From an uncultured archaeon (GTDB lineage: Archaea; Asgardarchaeota; Lokiarchaeia; Sigyniarchaeales; SOKP01), in the NCBI GenBank assembly GCA_964632315.1, contig CAZWEM010000009.1, positions 32,001-96,000 of the forward strand: a stretch of DNA of 64,000 nucleotides, given 5' to 3'. Positions 30,401 through 40,895 of this stretch are shown here, in pieces. The notes under the pieces are model-generated. The model saw only the letters and a program-made list of their open reading frames with translations, had not been told where the DNA came from and did not search any database. How positions within the stretch are numbered: position 1 is the first letter of the stretch; each line of letters opens with the position of its first letter. A program made the position numbers and the translations under genes.

Positions 30401-30963
30401 AAAATGGTAATGAGATTGAACATTTGGCTGAATTTTGTTTAGATATAGGACAATATGACAAAATTTTTGATTTTACCAATTCAACTCCTAAAAATATAGA
30501 AGTAGATTCTCAAAAAATTGATACTTTAAGAGATCATGCTAAAAAAATCCTTAAAAGGAAAACCTCCGCATGGAAAAAGGAAATTAAGCGATTGAACGAT
30601 AAAATTTTTGAGATTGAAAGATCTAAAAAAGAGAAAATTCACCTAAATAAGAAACGATTGCTTAAATACAAAAAAGAAATTCTTTTTATAAAACTAGAGA
30701 GAAAAGAACGTCAAAGACCTACGAAACGTCAGATGCGAAATATCTATGATTTGACTGACAAGAAGAAGCAAGAAGAGAAATTAGATAATATTAACTCTTT
30801 AGAGGAAGAAATTAAGTTCATTAAAAAGGATATTGAAATTGTTGAGAGAAAATTGGATGATTTAGAGTTTCAATTCGAAGATGCGAAAAAGGACTTAAAA
30901 AAGCAAAATTTGGCGAAATTCTATACGAATATTAGTTCGTTCGCTATTATTAAGGTGCTTTAA
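27403..30963 (+). CDS. SNF2/RapA-like SF2 helicase/ATPase
   Basis: PHQ, LADEVGLGKT, DEAHH, LTATP, GGEGRNFQ, PWNPMKLEQRIGRLDRIGQ; N-terminal CPFC zinc motif; coiled-coil tail. ATG 27403 preferred over TTG 27325. Confidence 0.92.
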   Translation: MVINIKGYTCPFCSNDLESKYSKCFNIYCQGQEFNIGNLINYRFNLELGIGRIIGKLEIPTSKSLDEEDTQYIIKYKVRFENNVTKIIHPIDLIHHVFQLNERVVTRNGVGVINSNDFLLENGKISYEVLYPNGKLDQVSESDTFSIYQEPVKKILEQKKLDPPRQFLIKYWANLFHSFYTSYQIKCITNSRLTLMPHQINVAHRLSEEYFPRVILADEVGLGKTIEAGIYVKEMMARNLAERVLIIVPATLVRQWQFEMENKFNMEFVIYDGQKIKELKKNGNIYSQDKLRNPFFYDNCIICSLQFARNPKYAELLGQVSWDIIIFDEAHHLRRYITNLSTGNYRETLNYSLARNLSDSCQSLLLLTATPLQLHSFELFSLIELIKGGTFENFSDFEHFRKNLPFINLLVFNLNNISHLNNFEVKNTIKLLKNLGYINKRDSDIKILEHLNSDDYKFELIKKVEKDHTLSKFLIRNRKKNVFFDEYLNKRIVQTIMVHPKNEELEIYNEIRLYLAKIYNTSVSKTNVGLGFVITTLQKLLTSSKIAFLKSIERRLDQIERSKSLSSQVDDIFDEDPEFFESELEDEYLDSEISFNSNREKEPLLNLTNQERILKHFYEKLISIPYDSKLDALLNLMESIYRDNPKEKILVFTQFVDTLFYLRDLLSKQGYSTYIFYGGMDKVEKQHAVEKFRADEDFSILLSTEIGGEGRNFQFCRILMNYDLPWNPMKLEQRIGRLDRIGQQSKEIFIYNFFLEGTIETDIIFALDKRINLFEESIGQLEPIIGNIEKDMKDLIFASEKEKRRKLNEFTRKLDMEVKRAKEIEVQLDDLMIDKKSFQVDDLVTSRDSCEEVKLSHNELYLLIKYFFNLEEGKYGFFIPEKENTVNSEVTIKISEELRNNERLRLFEEYSGTFGLNLAREMEEIDFFALGHPLITNLIEYCESRAFNGLYTILFLKKNALPSRLVNKINQSNTFYLFIFSIKFQGYIIENQYNAIIIDKNGNEIEHLAEFCLDIGQYDKIFDFTNSTPKNIEVDSQKIDTLRDHAKKILKRKTSAWKKEIKRLNDKIFEIERSKKEKIHLNKKRLLKYKKEILFIKLERKERQRPTKRQMRNIYDLTDKKKQEEKLDNINSLEEEIKFIKKDIEIVERKLDDLEFQFEDAKKDLKKQNLAKFYTNISSFAIIKVL

Positions 30964-30998
30964 TTATTTCGAGTAAATATTTCTTTATTTTTTTCACC

Positions 30999-31187
30999 TT
31001 ATAACCAAGTATATTCGCTTTTATCAAGTTTCTCATGGAATTTTTTTTCTTCTTTTTTCAATTGGCTTAGTTTGTTGTTTCTTGAATATGGCTTGAATTC
31101 TTTTTGATGATGTTTCCCTTCTTTATGATGTTTATTATTTTTAAGATGATTTACTCGGTGCTCGTATTTTTCACTCATATTGATCAT
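30999..31187 (-). CDS. Small basic His/Lys-rich hypothetical protein
   Basis: 62-aa ORF in otherwise empty space. Confidence 0.5.
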   Translation of the reverse strand: MINMSEKYEHRVNHLKNNKHHKEGKHHQKEFKPYSRNNKLSQLKKEEKKFHEKLDKSEYTWL

Positions 31188-31362
31188 TAATGTTACAATA
31201 AATAGTATATTTATAGGTCTCTATAATCATTTTTTATGCTTTTCTTTATAAGTACCAAGAAATTCGAGAGTAATTCCTAATTTGACTAAATAGTCCAAGA
31301 AGATTTATATTTTGAATCATCAAATATATTGATCAATTAATTTAATAGAGGTACGAAAAAAA

Positions 31363-33123
31363 ATGGAACCACCTAAGTGGCATATTAGTGATGATCGTCC
31401 TTGGTTTAATTCTGGTTTATGGCAAGAAGGCGTGCCAAAACACCCTACATTTCCTCTAATTTCATTAGGAGACTGGTTTGATGAAAAATCTGAAGAATTT
31501 GGGAAAAATAAATATGCTTGGTTTTCGAAAACATTCATGAACTACAGAGTTTTGAGGAAGTATGTCGATTCTTTAGCAACTTCATTATCACGTCAAGGAA
31601 TTCAAAAAGGAGATGTAATTGCAATATTGCTTCCCAATAGTTTTCAATTTACAATTGGATACTTTGCTACTGTGAAATTAGGAGCAATAGTTGTTCCAAT
31701 TAATCCTACGTACAAGCCAATAGAAATTTTAAGTGTGCTGCAAAAAGTGAAAGCTAAGGCTCTAATTTGCATGGATGCGATGTATGGATTAATTAAACCC
31801 ATTAAAGAAAAGCATAACTTCGAATTTGTAATCTCCACAAATATTGTGGATTTAGCGGCAATCCCCCCTGCAATCAAGGAACAACTTATCGCAGAGGGAA
31901 CAATTCCAACTGGAGAAGTACCTGGCGCAATTAATTTTCTCGATGCTTGCCAAAAACGAGGGGAAGTGGATATTCCTGAAGTCGAGATTGATCCTCTCAA
32001 TGATCCGGCTGTTTATTTAATGACTGGGGGCACAACAGGTGTTCCTAAACCGGCAATTATTACACATTATAATTGCGTGTCAAATGCTAAGCAAAACTTC
32101 ATGTGGATGCCTGATGCAACTCACCCTATGGCTTGTGTTGGGATATTACCAATGTTTCACGCTTTTGGAATGACAATTGTTCAAAATGTAGTAATTGAAG
32201 GAGGAGACTATAGCATCCTATTCCCAAGGCCTCCGTCTTCTATGAAGGAAGTAGTTGATACTATCTTAGAAGTAGGACCTGAAGGGGGAGTGATCCTTCC
32301 CGGAGTGGAAAACCTCTTCATTGGACTTACTAGATATTTAGAAGCTAATCCTAAGCCCGAACTTAAAAATATGTTTAGGCTCTGCGTGAGTGGAGCAGGA
32401 GCGCTTCATAAACCAGTAAAAGACAAATTTGAAGCAGTAAGTGGAGGCAGGCTTGTGGAAGCTTATGGCTTAACTGAATGCACTACTGCTGTAAGTGCTG
32501 GACCATTTAATGGCATGGATGAACCGGGTAAAATAGGATTACCATATCCAGGTGTTGACTGGACTATTTTTGATCAGGAAGACTTTTCTAAGGGTCCCAT
32601 AAAAGGATTTGGCATCGAAAATACAGGTGAGATTTGTGTCTGTGGACCTCAGGTGATGAAAGGATATTTAAGCAACCCAGAAGCAACAGAAAATACTCTG
32701 AAAGAATGGGATGGAAGATTATGGTGTCTTACGGGAGATATTGGATTTATGGACAAAACTGGTCAGATCACTATAAGGGATCGGAAAAAACAAATGATAA
32801 AATATAAGGGATACTCTGTTTTCCCTAAGGAAGTCGAAGAGTTAGTAGGGAATCATCCAGATGTAATTGAAGTAGCAGTAGCAGGTCTTCCAGATGAAGA
32901 AACAGGGGAGATGGTTAAAGCATGGATTCAATTGAAAGAAGGTACAAAAACAAATTTAAATGATCTTATTAATTGGTGTAAAGATAACATTACGCATTAT
33001 AAATGTCCTAAAACAATAGAAATAATTGAAGAAATACCCAAATCTATGGTTGGAAAAGTACAACGGCGAGAGTTACAAATTAATGATCCTATTTGGAAAG
33101 CCAAATATGAAGAATCTAAATAA
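31363..33123 (+). CDS. Long-chain acyl-CoA synthetase (AMP-binding family)
   Basis: MTGGTTGVPK, EAYGLTE, TGDIG, RKKQMIKYKGYSVFP, PKSMVGKV. Confidence 0.93.
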   Translation: MEPPKWHISDDRPWFNSGLWQEGVPKHPTFPLISLGDWFDEKSEEFGKNKYAWFSKTFMNYRVLRKYVDSLATSLSRQGIQKGDVIAILLPNSFQFTIGYFATVKLGAIVVPINPTYKPIEILSVLQKVKAKALICMDAMYGLIKPIKEKHNFEFVISTNIVDLAAIPPAIKEQLIAEGTIPTGEVPGAINFLDACQKRGEVDIPEVEIDPLNDPAVYLMTGGTTGVPKPAIITHYNCVSNAKQNFMWMPDATHPMACVGILPMFHAFGMTIVQNVVIEGGDYSILFPRPPSSMKEVVDTILEVGPEGGVILPGVENLFIGLTRYLEANPKPELKNMFRLCVSGAGALHKPVKDKFEAVSGGRLVEAYGLTECTTAVSAGPFNGMDEPGKIGLPYPGVDWTIFDQEDFSKGPIKGFGIENTGEICVCGPQVMKGYLSNPEATENTLKEWDGRLWCLTGDIGFMDKTGQITIRDRKKQMIKYKGYSVFPKEVEELVGNHPDVIEVAVAGLPDEETGEMVKAWIQLKEGTKTNLNDLINWCKDNITHYKCPKTIEIIEEIPKSMVGKVQRRELQINDPIWKAKYEESK

Positions 33124-33205
33124 ACTTATTTCTAAATTTTTTTTTGACAAACAATTTTTTCGTACATTCGCTACTTTTATATATACTATTTTTTACTGAA
33201 GATCG

Positions 33206-33850
33206 ATGAATATGGCATCAGATTCGAATAATGCAGAGAATAATAATGCTAATTATGTAAAAAAATGGAAAAGACTTTGGATTGGCATAATTGTTTCTTA
33301 TGGAGCTTTAAGCATTTTCAGCTTGCTCTTTTTCCCCGAATTCTTTCTTCCAAATTTAACTTTTGTTGTACTGTTTGGTTTAATAATCTTAATTACATTT
33401 TTTTGGCAGAGAAGTATATCTAAAGAGAAGTATCGAAAAAAAGGAACGACTTTAAAATCGGTCTATTGGAAGAGATATTGGATTGCGTTATTTATTTCAT
33501 ATGTTGGTTCATCTATCGTTCTTATCATTTTCCTTAAAGAAGAATTCATCAGATTTTTAATTTTATCAATTATCTTTGGAGTAGCTCTTATAGGTGCTTA
33601 TTATATTCGCGTAAGACCTTCCTTAATGGTAAATAAAATACTATACACTTCCTTGGGAGTTACGTTAATTGGATTTGGATTATGTTTACTTTATGGGCTT
33701 ATAGGGATTAGTAGATTTTTGATAAGTCTTGGATCGTGGTATATATATCTTAATTTAATTGATTTTGCCATTCTCATGATAATTGGTGGTATTTTGGGGT
33801 TCCATATTGGAAAAAGACGCGATTTTCGGCTTCCTTATAGTCTCCACTAA
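33206..33850 (+). CDS. Hypothetical membrane protein
   Basis: About 6 TMs; internal duplication (WKRLWIGIIVSY / WKRYWIALFISY). Confidence 0.7.
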   Translation: MNMASDSNNAENNNANYVKKWKRLWIGIIVSYGALSIFSLLFFPEFFLPNLTFVVLFGLIILITFFWQRSISKEKYRKKGTTLKSVYWKRYWIALFISYVGSSIVLIIFLKEEFIRFLILSIIFGVALIGAYYIRVRPSLMVNKILYTSLGVTLIGFGLCLLYGLIGISRFLISLGSWYIYLNLIDFAILMIIGGILGFHIGKRRDFRLPYSLH

Positions 33851-33941
33851 ATCGGGTTTATATTCTATATCAAGAAAAATTAATAAATATAATAAATATG
33901 TTATCAGATATAGCACCATAAAATAAAAGGGGAACTAATTT

Positions 33942-34319
33942 ATGGAATATATCATCATAGAGAATGAAAAAATAGGCGCAATTAAAGCAAAGTTATTAAT
34001 AGATAAAAATCCTAAGACCTGTAAGGCAATTTGGGAAAAATTACCCCTTAATTTGAATCTTTCAAGATGGGGAGAAGAACTCTACGGAGAGATACCCGTT
34101 GCTTTAGGTAGGGAAAAATCTCAAGTTGATTGTGAGGTTGGTGATGTGGGATATTGGCCAGATGGCAATGGATTTTGCATTTTTTTTGGTCCTACACCTG
34201 CAAGTAAAGACGATAAGCCAAAAGCAGCTTCACCTGTTAATATTTTTGCTAAAATTGAAGGAGATGCTAAGATTTTTGCTCAATTTTCTTCTTTTAATGG
34301 TTTAGTTAAAAAAGGTTAA
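33942..34319 (+). CDS. Cyclophilin-like fold protein (DUF369/TM1367-like)
   Basis: 'NPKTCKAIWEKLP', 'RWGEELY', 'GDVGYWPDGNGFCIFFGPTP', 'ASPVN'. Confidence 0.85.
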   Translation: MEYIIIENEKIGAIKAKLLIDKNPKTCKAIWEKLPLNLNLSRWGEELYGEIPVALGREKSQVDCEVGDVGYWPDGNGFCIFFGPTPASKDDKPKAASPVNIFAKIEGDAKIFAQFSSFNGLVKKG

Positions 34320-34436
34320 AAAAACTCAAAAGCTAAAAGTACTTTCTTTTTGAATTTTATAATTCATAAAAAGCACTTTCTTAATATCAGCTACTTTGAA
34401 TAAACTAAATAAATTACATATCACATACAGAATAAA

Positions 34437-35356
34437 ATGAATTTTTCAAAAAGGCTTGTTCTTTATTTTACTTAGCTATTGGGATTATATGGCTATTTTG
34501 GATACCTACGATAGTGATCTCCATTTCTAATAATTATTTTCTACCAAGTATCTTGACTTTTAATCAATTGATTTCTGAAGGGTTTGTTGATGATATACAT
34601 CCAATAATATTTATTCTAAATCAAATCTGAGTGTATGCTCCGATAATTGCTGCCTTTCTATTACTCAATTTTACTGAAAAAAGGGATGGGATAAAAGATT
34701 TACTTAAAAGGATGGGAAAAGTTAAAGTCCATATTAAATGGTATGGAATAATAGTGGTTCTACCTGTATTAATTTTCCTTCTTGGAGCTCTCTTATCATT
34801 AGTGGATTTAACTAACCTATTTAACCCTGGAATTTCAGCTATCTTCTTACTTGTAATGTTTCTAAATACAACTCTAACTAGTGGTTTAGAGGAGCCTGGA
34901 TGGAGAGGATACGCTTTACCCGAACTTCAAAAGGGGTATAATGCATATAACTCTAGTTTGATTCTTGGAACTTTTTGGGCAATATGGCATTTTCCTTACC
35001 TAATTTACCTTTATCTCTTCCAATTTGATTATGGGATATATTTAAGTATTTTATCACTGGTAGGATTCACGGCAAGCACGATGGGTATTTCAATAATATA
35101 CACCTGGATTTACAATAACACTCAAAATGTTTTCTTGGTGATATTATTCCACGGTTTAACGAATTTCATACCTCAGGTGATGTTAGGAGGTGTTACTAGC
35201 AGTGCAGGAGGAGTATTTGCTGCTTTGGTGACGTGGGCTATAGCTATTATTTTAACTAAAAAATATGGTCAAGAAACTTTAACTGGGCTAACAGAAGACG
35301 AAATAAGAAGAAAAGAAGAGAAAAAGCGATTAAAAGCGGAAAAAAAAGCAAACTAA
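34437..35356 (+). pseudogene. CPBP (CAAX protease/Abi) intramembrane metalloprotease, apparently disrupted at the 5' end
   Basis: EEPGWRGY, WAIWHFP and HGLTN motifs in 34631..35356. Upstream MNFSKRLVLYFT needs a frameshift near 34470 to join LAIGIIWLFW..., and an in-frame TGA lies at 34628-34630. Confidence 0.7.
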
Positions 35357-35400
35357 ATTTTTTTATTGTTTTTTATGTAAGTAGGATTTTACTATCTTTT

Positions 35401-38400
35401 TCAATCTAAATAGAGAGAGTATCTCTGACTTTGTGGAATAATCAACTCATATGCGATAAGAGATTCTATTGCAATGATCAAGCTGTCTTCATCTACATTT
35501 TGCAAAAGAGAAGTGAATAAATCATTTAAATAGAATTGCTTATTGTACTTTGATTGTGATTCAAGAACATTCAAGACTCGTAGCTCTAAATTCGATAAAT
35601 CTCCCGAAAGTTTTAATGAATGATATTTTTCATTTTTATTAAGAGTGAACGATCCTTTATAATAAAATGCGAGGTGGCGATCAATTACTTCTTCGAATGG
35701 TTTCTTTAAAGCCTTTATATTTCCAATAAATCCTATGATGAGATCCTCACATTCTGAATACAGATCCCTTGCGAGGTGTTCAATTTCTTGTCTTAATTGT
35801 TCAGAACTCTTTTCTCTGAGAAGTAAGATTAACCGAATTTGCTCATGATCGCAAATCAAGGAATGGAAAAAGTTAAAGTCTAATTCTTTTAATTCATTAC
35901 CAGTTTCTATCAACTGATCTTTAGATTCTAATTTCACACCCTCCTTAGTATATTGTTTTCCTAAAATAGTAATTGCTTGAATAAAACCTGAAAATCCTGT
36001 GATGTAATCCTCATCCAAAATTGAAAAGGTTCTACTGTATAGGGTCATTCCACTTATTTTACTACTGATAATAAGTGCTTCAATATTTCTTATATCTTTA
36101 TATCCTTGAGTCTTCTCTGCGATTAATTGCCGTTTTCTCCTTTTCCTTGGAAGAATGACATAAGATCTCACACTTAAAGTTCCTAGAATCCCAACAATTG
36201 CGATAAGACCTATAACTGTTATTAATAAAATATAATTCGGAGTCGGTTTTTCAGTAATTATAATTAAAAAGGAATCTTCAGTAGTTTTGTAAATGTTTTG
36301 TTTTGGTGTAATAACTAAATTGAAGCGATGAGTACCTATCTCTGTTTGCGAACCAAGATCCAGCTTATACGTACCAGAATCGATATATTCAAAGTAGTAT
36401 GTACCAAATTCCCAATAACAATATACAGTGGCATTCTCTATAGGAATATTAGAATTTATTTCTGTAAGATTAATCAAAATGGATATTTTATCCCCTGATT
36501 GTACGTTTAAAGAGTCTGTAAAGTCAATTCTTTGTACATGTATTGGGATTTGATTTACTTGGATTTGAAACGAAAATGTAGTAGTAGTATAATTAGTAAG
36601 TTCAAATTTGACATAAACATAGTTAATTCCTAAAGAAAAAGTATTAGTAAGGATGCTAATACTTTCATTATACCAATAATAATCTCTCTCTGGAAGAATA
36701 AATTCCTGAGTATTAACAATAAATTTTGCAGTAGCACCAGACAAATAAATGGCTTCTTTTTCAGCTAATCCTCTACAAGATAACGTAATCAAATCATTAA
36801 AGTACTTATTTTCTATTAAATCATTCTCTTGAATATTATTGCCATCGAAATTTACCTCTAAAACTACATTTTGGGTACGAATATAAAACTGGAATGAGAA
36901 AATTATAGTAGAGTAATTAACATGTTCAAATTTGATATAAGCATAATTGATTCCTACAATGAAAAAGTTTGGAGCTATGTTGAATGTTCTATTATACCAG
37001 TAGTTGGATGTTTCTGAGATATTTAACTCATTAGTTCCAATAGTAAATTTAACTATTCCTCCCGATAGATAAATAGCCTCATCTTCAGCAAATGCTCGAC
37101 AAGATATAGAAATAGATTCATCGTAGAATGCTTCTAACAAATAGTTCTCTGCAATATTTTGATCATCAACTTTCACATCTAATAGTATGTCTTGAGAACG
37201 GACGAATATCTGAAATGAAAATGTAGTCGTAGAATAATTAGAAAGCTCAAATTTAACATAAGCATAATTTATCCCGAGAGAGAAATTATCAGAAGAAATT
37301 CTGATCGACGTATTATACCAGTAAATAGGATCTTCTACCAAACTAAATTCATTTCCCTCTGTTATGAATTTAACATTACCACCAGTCAGATAAATCATTT
37401 CATCTTCAGCAAACGCTCTACATGACAAGGAAATTAATTCATTGGAATATACTTCTTGTAAATAATTCTCAGGAATAGAGACATCATTAATTTTAACATC
37501 CATAATTATATTTTGAGAACGGACATAAATCTGAAATGAAAATGTAGTTGTAGAATAATTAGAAAGTTCAAATTTAACATAAACATTATTAATTCCGAGC
37601 GAGAAATTATCAGAAGAAATTCTGATTGATATATTATACCAATAATTAGATTCTTCTACTAAATCAAATTCATCTCCCTCCGTTATGAATTTAACACTAC
37701 CACCAGTCAGATAAATCATTTCATCTTCAGCAAACGCTCTACAAGATATGGAGATTAATTGGTTTGTATATACTTCTTGTAAATAATTCTCAGGAATAGA
37801 TACGTCATTAATTTTAACATCTAAAAAAATTTCTTGAGCTCGAATAAAAAATTGAAATGAAAAGATAGAAGTTGTATAATTTTGTTTTTCATATCTTAGA
37901 AAGATAGAATTGAGACCGGAACTGAAATTTTCCCCGTTTATATTGAATTTTAGACTAAAAAATGTCGGTTGTGTTTCGACTAAAATATTTTGATAGTTAT
38001 CACTTAAAATAGTTAAAACTCCTCCTGATAAATAAGCACCTTCCGGTTCAGCGAAGATCCTAGCTGTTAAATTTATATTTTCTTTAAAAAATAACTCAAC
38101 AAGACTATTTTGAGTTATATCAATACTATTAATACTAACTGACATGTTAGTCTCTTGCTCATTGATAACCGTTGTAATACTCACTAACGCATCCTCATAC
38201 CCGGGCTTAGTTATTCTGATTAGACTATTGTATACATCAATGTTTAAACCGGTTGTGTAATATGTGATTTTGAATCCATCTGATACATCATTAATTTCAT
38301 AGTAACCTTCCCACGAGACCGTACATGATCCCCCACTAATTAGTTCACCACTGCTTGTATCTGTATAATTTACCTCTACTTCAAAGTGTTCGTTAATATA

Positions 38401-40713
38401 GGTTACTACATTTGTGGTATTCACACATGCTAATGTACTAATTGGATGAATAATGAGCGTGATATAGTCCGTAACACTTCCAAAACCGGTTTTATTAGCA
38501 AATATTTCAATTTCAAAAGCCTCAATAACTCCTCCTATTGGAAGACCACTCGTCGAAAAATTTAACCTATATGTCCCGTTACCATAATCAAAAATACTGT
38601 AACCATTATCCCAATCGGTACTGACATTTGCATCTGGTATAGGTGTTTTTGAAATCTCACCATTAACAGTTACCTCACAAATTGAATAATTATTACTTAA
38701 AGCATTAAGAACTCTCGATGAAAAGTCTAATGTTAAAGGTTGCTCGATGATATTTAGTTGAATCAAATTTACTTCCGTTGTATTCTCATAGAATATTTTT
38801 GACGCATTAAATGAAAAATAGTATTCTCCAATTCCTACTCCACTCGTATCAATATCAGCAACATAAATTCCCGAACCAAAATATACCATTGTTCCAGAAA
38901 ATCCAAGAGTAGAATTATAGGAAATAGTTGCAAAATCGATGTAGGTATCGAGATCGTAATCAGTATAATTTAGTTTTATCAAAAGCGGTTCTCCAGAAAC
39001 TCTTTCGATGAATGGTTCTACAGGAGTTAAGTTTGTGTGATGCCATAGGCTAAAATTAAACTGTAAATAACCAATTTTGTCTCGATATACATAAGATTGG
39101 TTGTTTGTCCAGAGTAAAATAACACTATAACTACCTACTGGCATATTTTTTCCAACAATAAAACTCCCAAATTCAATATAATGAGATGTTAATTGCTCAC
39201 TGCTTTGATGAAAGAGAGAACCATTTGGATATTCGATAGAGCAATTTATAAATGTGTTTTGATAAGGAACCGAACCATCTAAGGATACATTAATCTGAAA
39301 AGTATCTCCTAAGGTTACACTCGATTTTATTTCAAAAACTGTTCCATTATACACGTTCAAACTTCCTTCCGAGATATAATTTTGACTTAATGCCTTTATG
39401 ATCCACAATCCTGAGCTTAAAACACCTTGTGGAATTATTAATGTCCCAGAGCCGGGATCATATCCTGTACAACTATCTCTTTGCTCTGAATTGTATTCAT
39501 CCAAAATAGATGTGATATTCCAGTCGCTAGGCTTCATTATTTTTGCCCAGTTATTAGAATATCCATAAGGAATCATGAAAGAGCATTCAGTTTGCCAAAT
39601 AATTTGATTGCTCGTTGTATATTCAGAACTTTCTATTCCGTTCACGGTTGAGTTTAAACTTTTTAAAGCATCAGACATAATTGTAATATTATAGACGTAT
39701 AAATCTTCAATATAGACGGGATTTTTCGAAATTGTGAATTTCACACTACTGGTTTCAGTTCTACTTCTCTCCACATCGATAAAAGTTTTACCTTTTCCAA
39801 ACGTGCTATTTTCATAATAGTAATTTTGATCAAATTCAACATCCTTAGCGATTATCAAATTTGGTTCGTTAGGTTTTGTCCAAAACGTAAATTGAACATC
39901 ATCAATATATAAAGTTTGAACTCGATTTGGAGTACTTGTTGCATCATCAACATGCACTCCAACTCGTAATGTAGCATTTTCCGGGATAATTTGACCGACT
40001 TCTGAAATGTCATAGGTCATACTAATAGTATTCCAATTTGCTACATTGGGGACTAAATTGGAAAAACTTACTGAAATATTCTTTTCAATACCTCCAATAG
40101 TAATAGAAATAAAAGCACTAATAGTAGTTGAAGGTGGTGCTGGATTTGGGAGATCATACTTATAATTCATAGACAAGGACGCAATTGTGTTTGATGTTGA
40201 TATTTCAGGAATGGTAAGATTTTCTTCAAAATAGCCGTAATCTCCTTTAGAAAGTGATTGTAAGGCATTAACTTCAATCGAAGCATATTCGGGTTGCCAA
40301 TCTCCTTTAACAATTTTACTCGGATTGGAACTTTCATATTCCCATGGGTTTTCTCCATCATCAAAAGTACCATTTATGACCCAATCCTTATAATGGGTAA
40401 CTTCATCATAATTAATTGTTACATTTTTAGAAGTCCAACCTTCTAATAAGGTGAAACTCACATTTGTGGGTAGGCTTAGGGGGAAATAAGTATTTGAAAT
40501 TGTCGTATGCTGAGTGATTAATAAAGGTCTTCCCTTAGGATCTTGGTTAGCAGTTTTTAATCTTGAATCTGATTCAGTATCTTTATTTCTTAAATTGTAA
40601 TTATTATTAGAATCATAATTAATGGAGTTATGCAACTTAATGTTTCCTAAGAGAACTAAGAGGAACATTAAAAGAATTGCCACTTTCCCTTTTTTATGAT
40701 TCAGAATTTTCAA
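35401..40713 (-). CDS. Giant single-pass surface glycoprotein (1770 aa): signal anchor, beta-rich/Ig-like ectodomain, TM, cytoplasmic longin-like domain
   Basis: N-terminal hydrophobic segment, many N-x-S/T sequons, five ~107-aa repeats, TM followed by PRKRRKR, C-terminal 'IISSKISGMTLYSRTF...FSGFIQAITILG'. Confidence 0.85.
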   Translation of the reverse strand: MKILNHKKGKVAILLMFLLVLLGNIKLHNSINYDSNNNYNLRNKDTESDSRLKTANQDPKGRPLLITQHTTISNTYFPLSLPTNVSFTLLEGWTSKNVTINYDEVTHYKDWVINGTFDDGENPWEYESSNPSKIVKGDWQPEYASIEVNALQSLSKGDYGYFEENLTIPEISTSNTIASLSMNYKYDLPNPAPPSTTISAFISITIGGIEKNISVSFSNLVPNVANWNTISMTYDISEVGQIIPENATLRVGVHVDDATSTPNRVQTLYIDDVQFTFWTKPNEPNLIIAKDVEFDQNYYYENSTFGKGKTFIDVERSRTETSSVKFTISKNPVYIEDLYVYNITIMSDALKSLNSTVNGIESSEYTTSNQIIWQTECSFMIPYGYSNNWAKIMKPSDWNITSILDEYNSEQRDSCTGYDPGSGTLIIPQGVLSSGLWIIKALSQNYISEGSLNVYNGTVFEIKSSVTLGDTFQINVSLDGSVPYQNTFINCSIEYPNGSLFHQSSEQLTSHYIEFGSFIVGKNMPVGSYSVILLWTNNQSYVYRDKIGYLQFNFSLWHHTNLTPVEPFIERVSGEPLLIKLNYTDYDLDTYIDFATISYNSTLGFSGTMVYFGSGIYVADIDTSGVGIGEYYFSFNASKIFYENTTEVNLIQLNIIEQPLTLDFSSRVLNALSNNYSICEVTVNGEISKTPIPDANVSTDWDNGYSIFDYGNGTYRLNFSTSGLPIGGVIEAFEIEIFANKTGFGSVTDYITLIIHPISTLACVNTTNVVTYINEHFEVEVNYTDTSSGELISGGSCTVSWEGYYEINDVSDGFKITYYTTGLNIDVYNSLIRITKPGYEDALVSITTVINEQETNMSVSINSIDITQNSLVELFFKENINLTARIFAEPEGAYLSGGVLTILSDNYQNILVETQPTFFSLKFNINGENFSSGLNSIFLRYEKQNYTTSIFSFQFFIRAQEIFLDVKINDVSIPENYLQEVYTNQLISISCRAFAEDEMIYLTGGSVKFITEGDEFDLVEESNYWYNISIRISSDNFSLGINNVYVKFELSNYSTTTFSFQIYVRSQNIIMDVKINDVSIPENYLQEVYSNELISLSCRAFAEDEMIYLTGGNVKFITEGNEFSLVEDPIYWYNTSIRISSDNFSLGINYAYVKFELSNYSTTTFSFQIFVRSQDILLDVKVDDQNIAENYLLEAFYDESISISCRAFAEDEAIYLSGGIVKFTIGTNELNISETSNYWYNRTFNIAPNFFIVGINYAYIKFEHVNYSTIIFSFQFYIRTQNVVLEVNFDGNNIQENDLIENKYFNDLITLSCRGLAEKEAIYLSGATAKFIVNTQEFILPERDYYWYNESISILTNTFSLGINYVYVKFELTNYTTTTFSFQIQVNQIPIHVQRIDFTDSLNVQSGDKISILINLTEINSNIPIENATVYCYWEFGTYYFEYIDSGTYKLDLGSQTEIGTHRFNLVITPKQNIYKTTEDSFLIIITEKPTPNYILLITVIGLIAIVGILGTLSVRSYVILPRKRRKRQLIAEKTQGYKDIRNIEALIISSKISGMTLYSRTFSILDEDYITGFSGFIQAITILGKQYTKEGVKLESKDQLIETGNELKELDFNFFHSLICDHEQIRLILLLREKSSEQLRQEIEHLARDLYSECEDLIIGFIGNIKALKKPFEEVIDRHLAFYYKGSFTLNKNEKYHSLKLSGDLSNLELRVLNVLESQSKYNKQFYLNDLFTSLLQNVDEDSLIIAIESLIAYELIIPQSQRYSLYLD
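36560..38170 (-). repeat. Five tandem ~321-bp (107-aa) coding repeats
   Basis: Each unit ends NY(S/T)T..FSFQ; near-identical DNA at 37211 and 37532 (321-bp period). Boundaries approximate. Confidence 0.85.
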
Positions 40714-40895
40714 ACCAAATTTAAAAATTCTTTAATTTTTATAAATAATTTGATAATTGAATTATGAAAATTTTGTCTTTTAAACATTCCTCTACCTATA
40801 AATCCAGTTCTGTTTCAAAAATCTTGAATTATATTTTTGATAGAAAGGTAATTCCATTAAAAATAAGTCATATAGGGAAAGTACCCTTGAGTATT

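Noticed and set aside
34628-34630. UGA in the CPBP gene as selenocysteine
   Set aside because: Not a Cys/redox position, accompanied by a frameshift, and no SECIS seen downstream.
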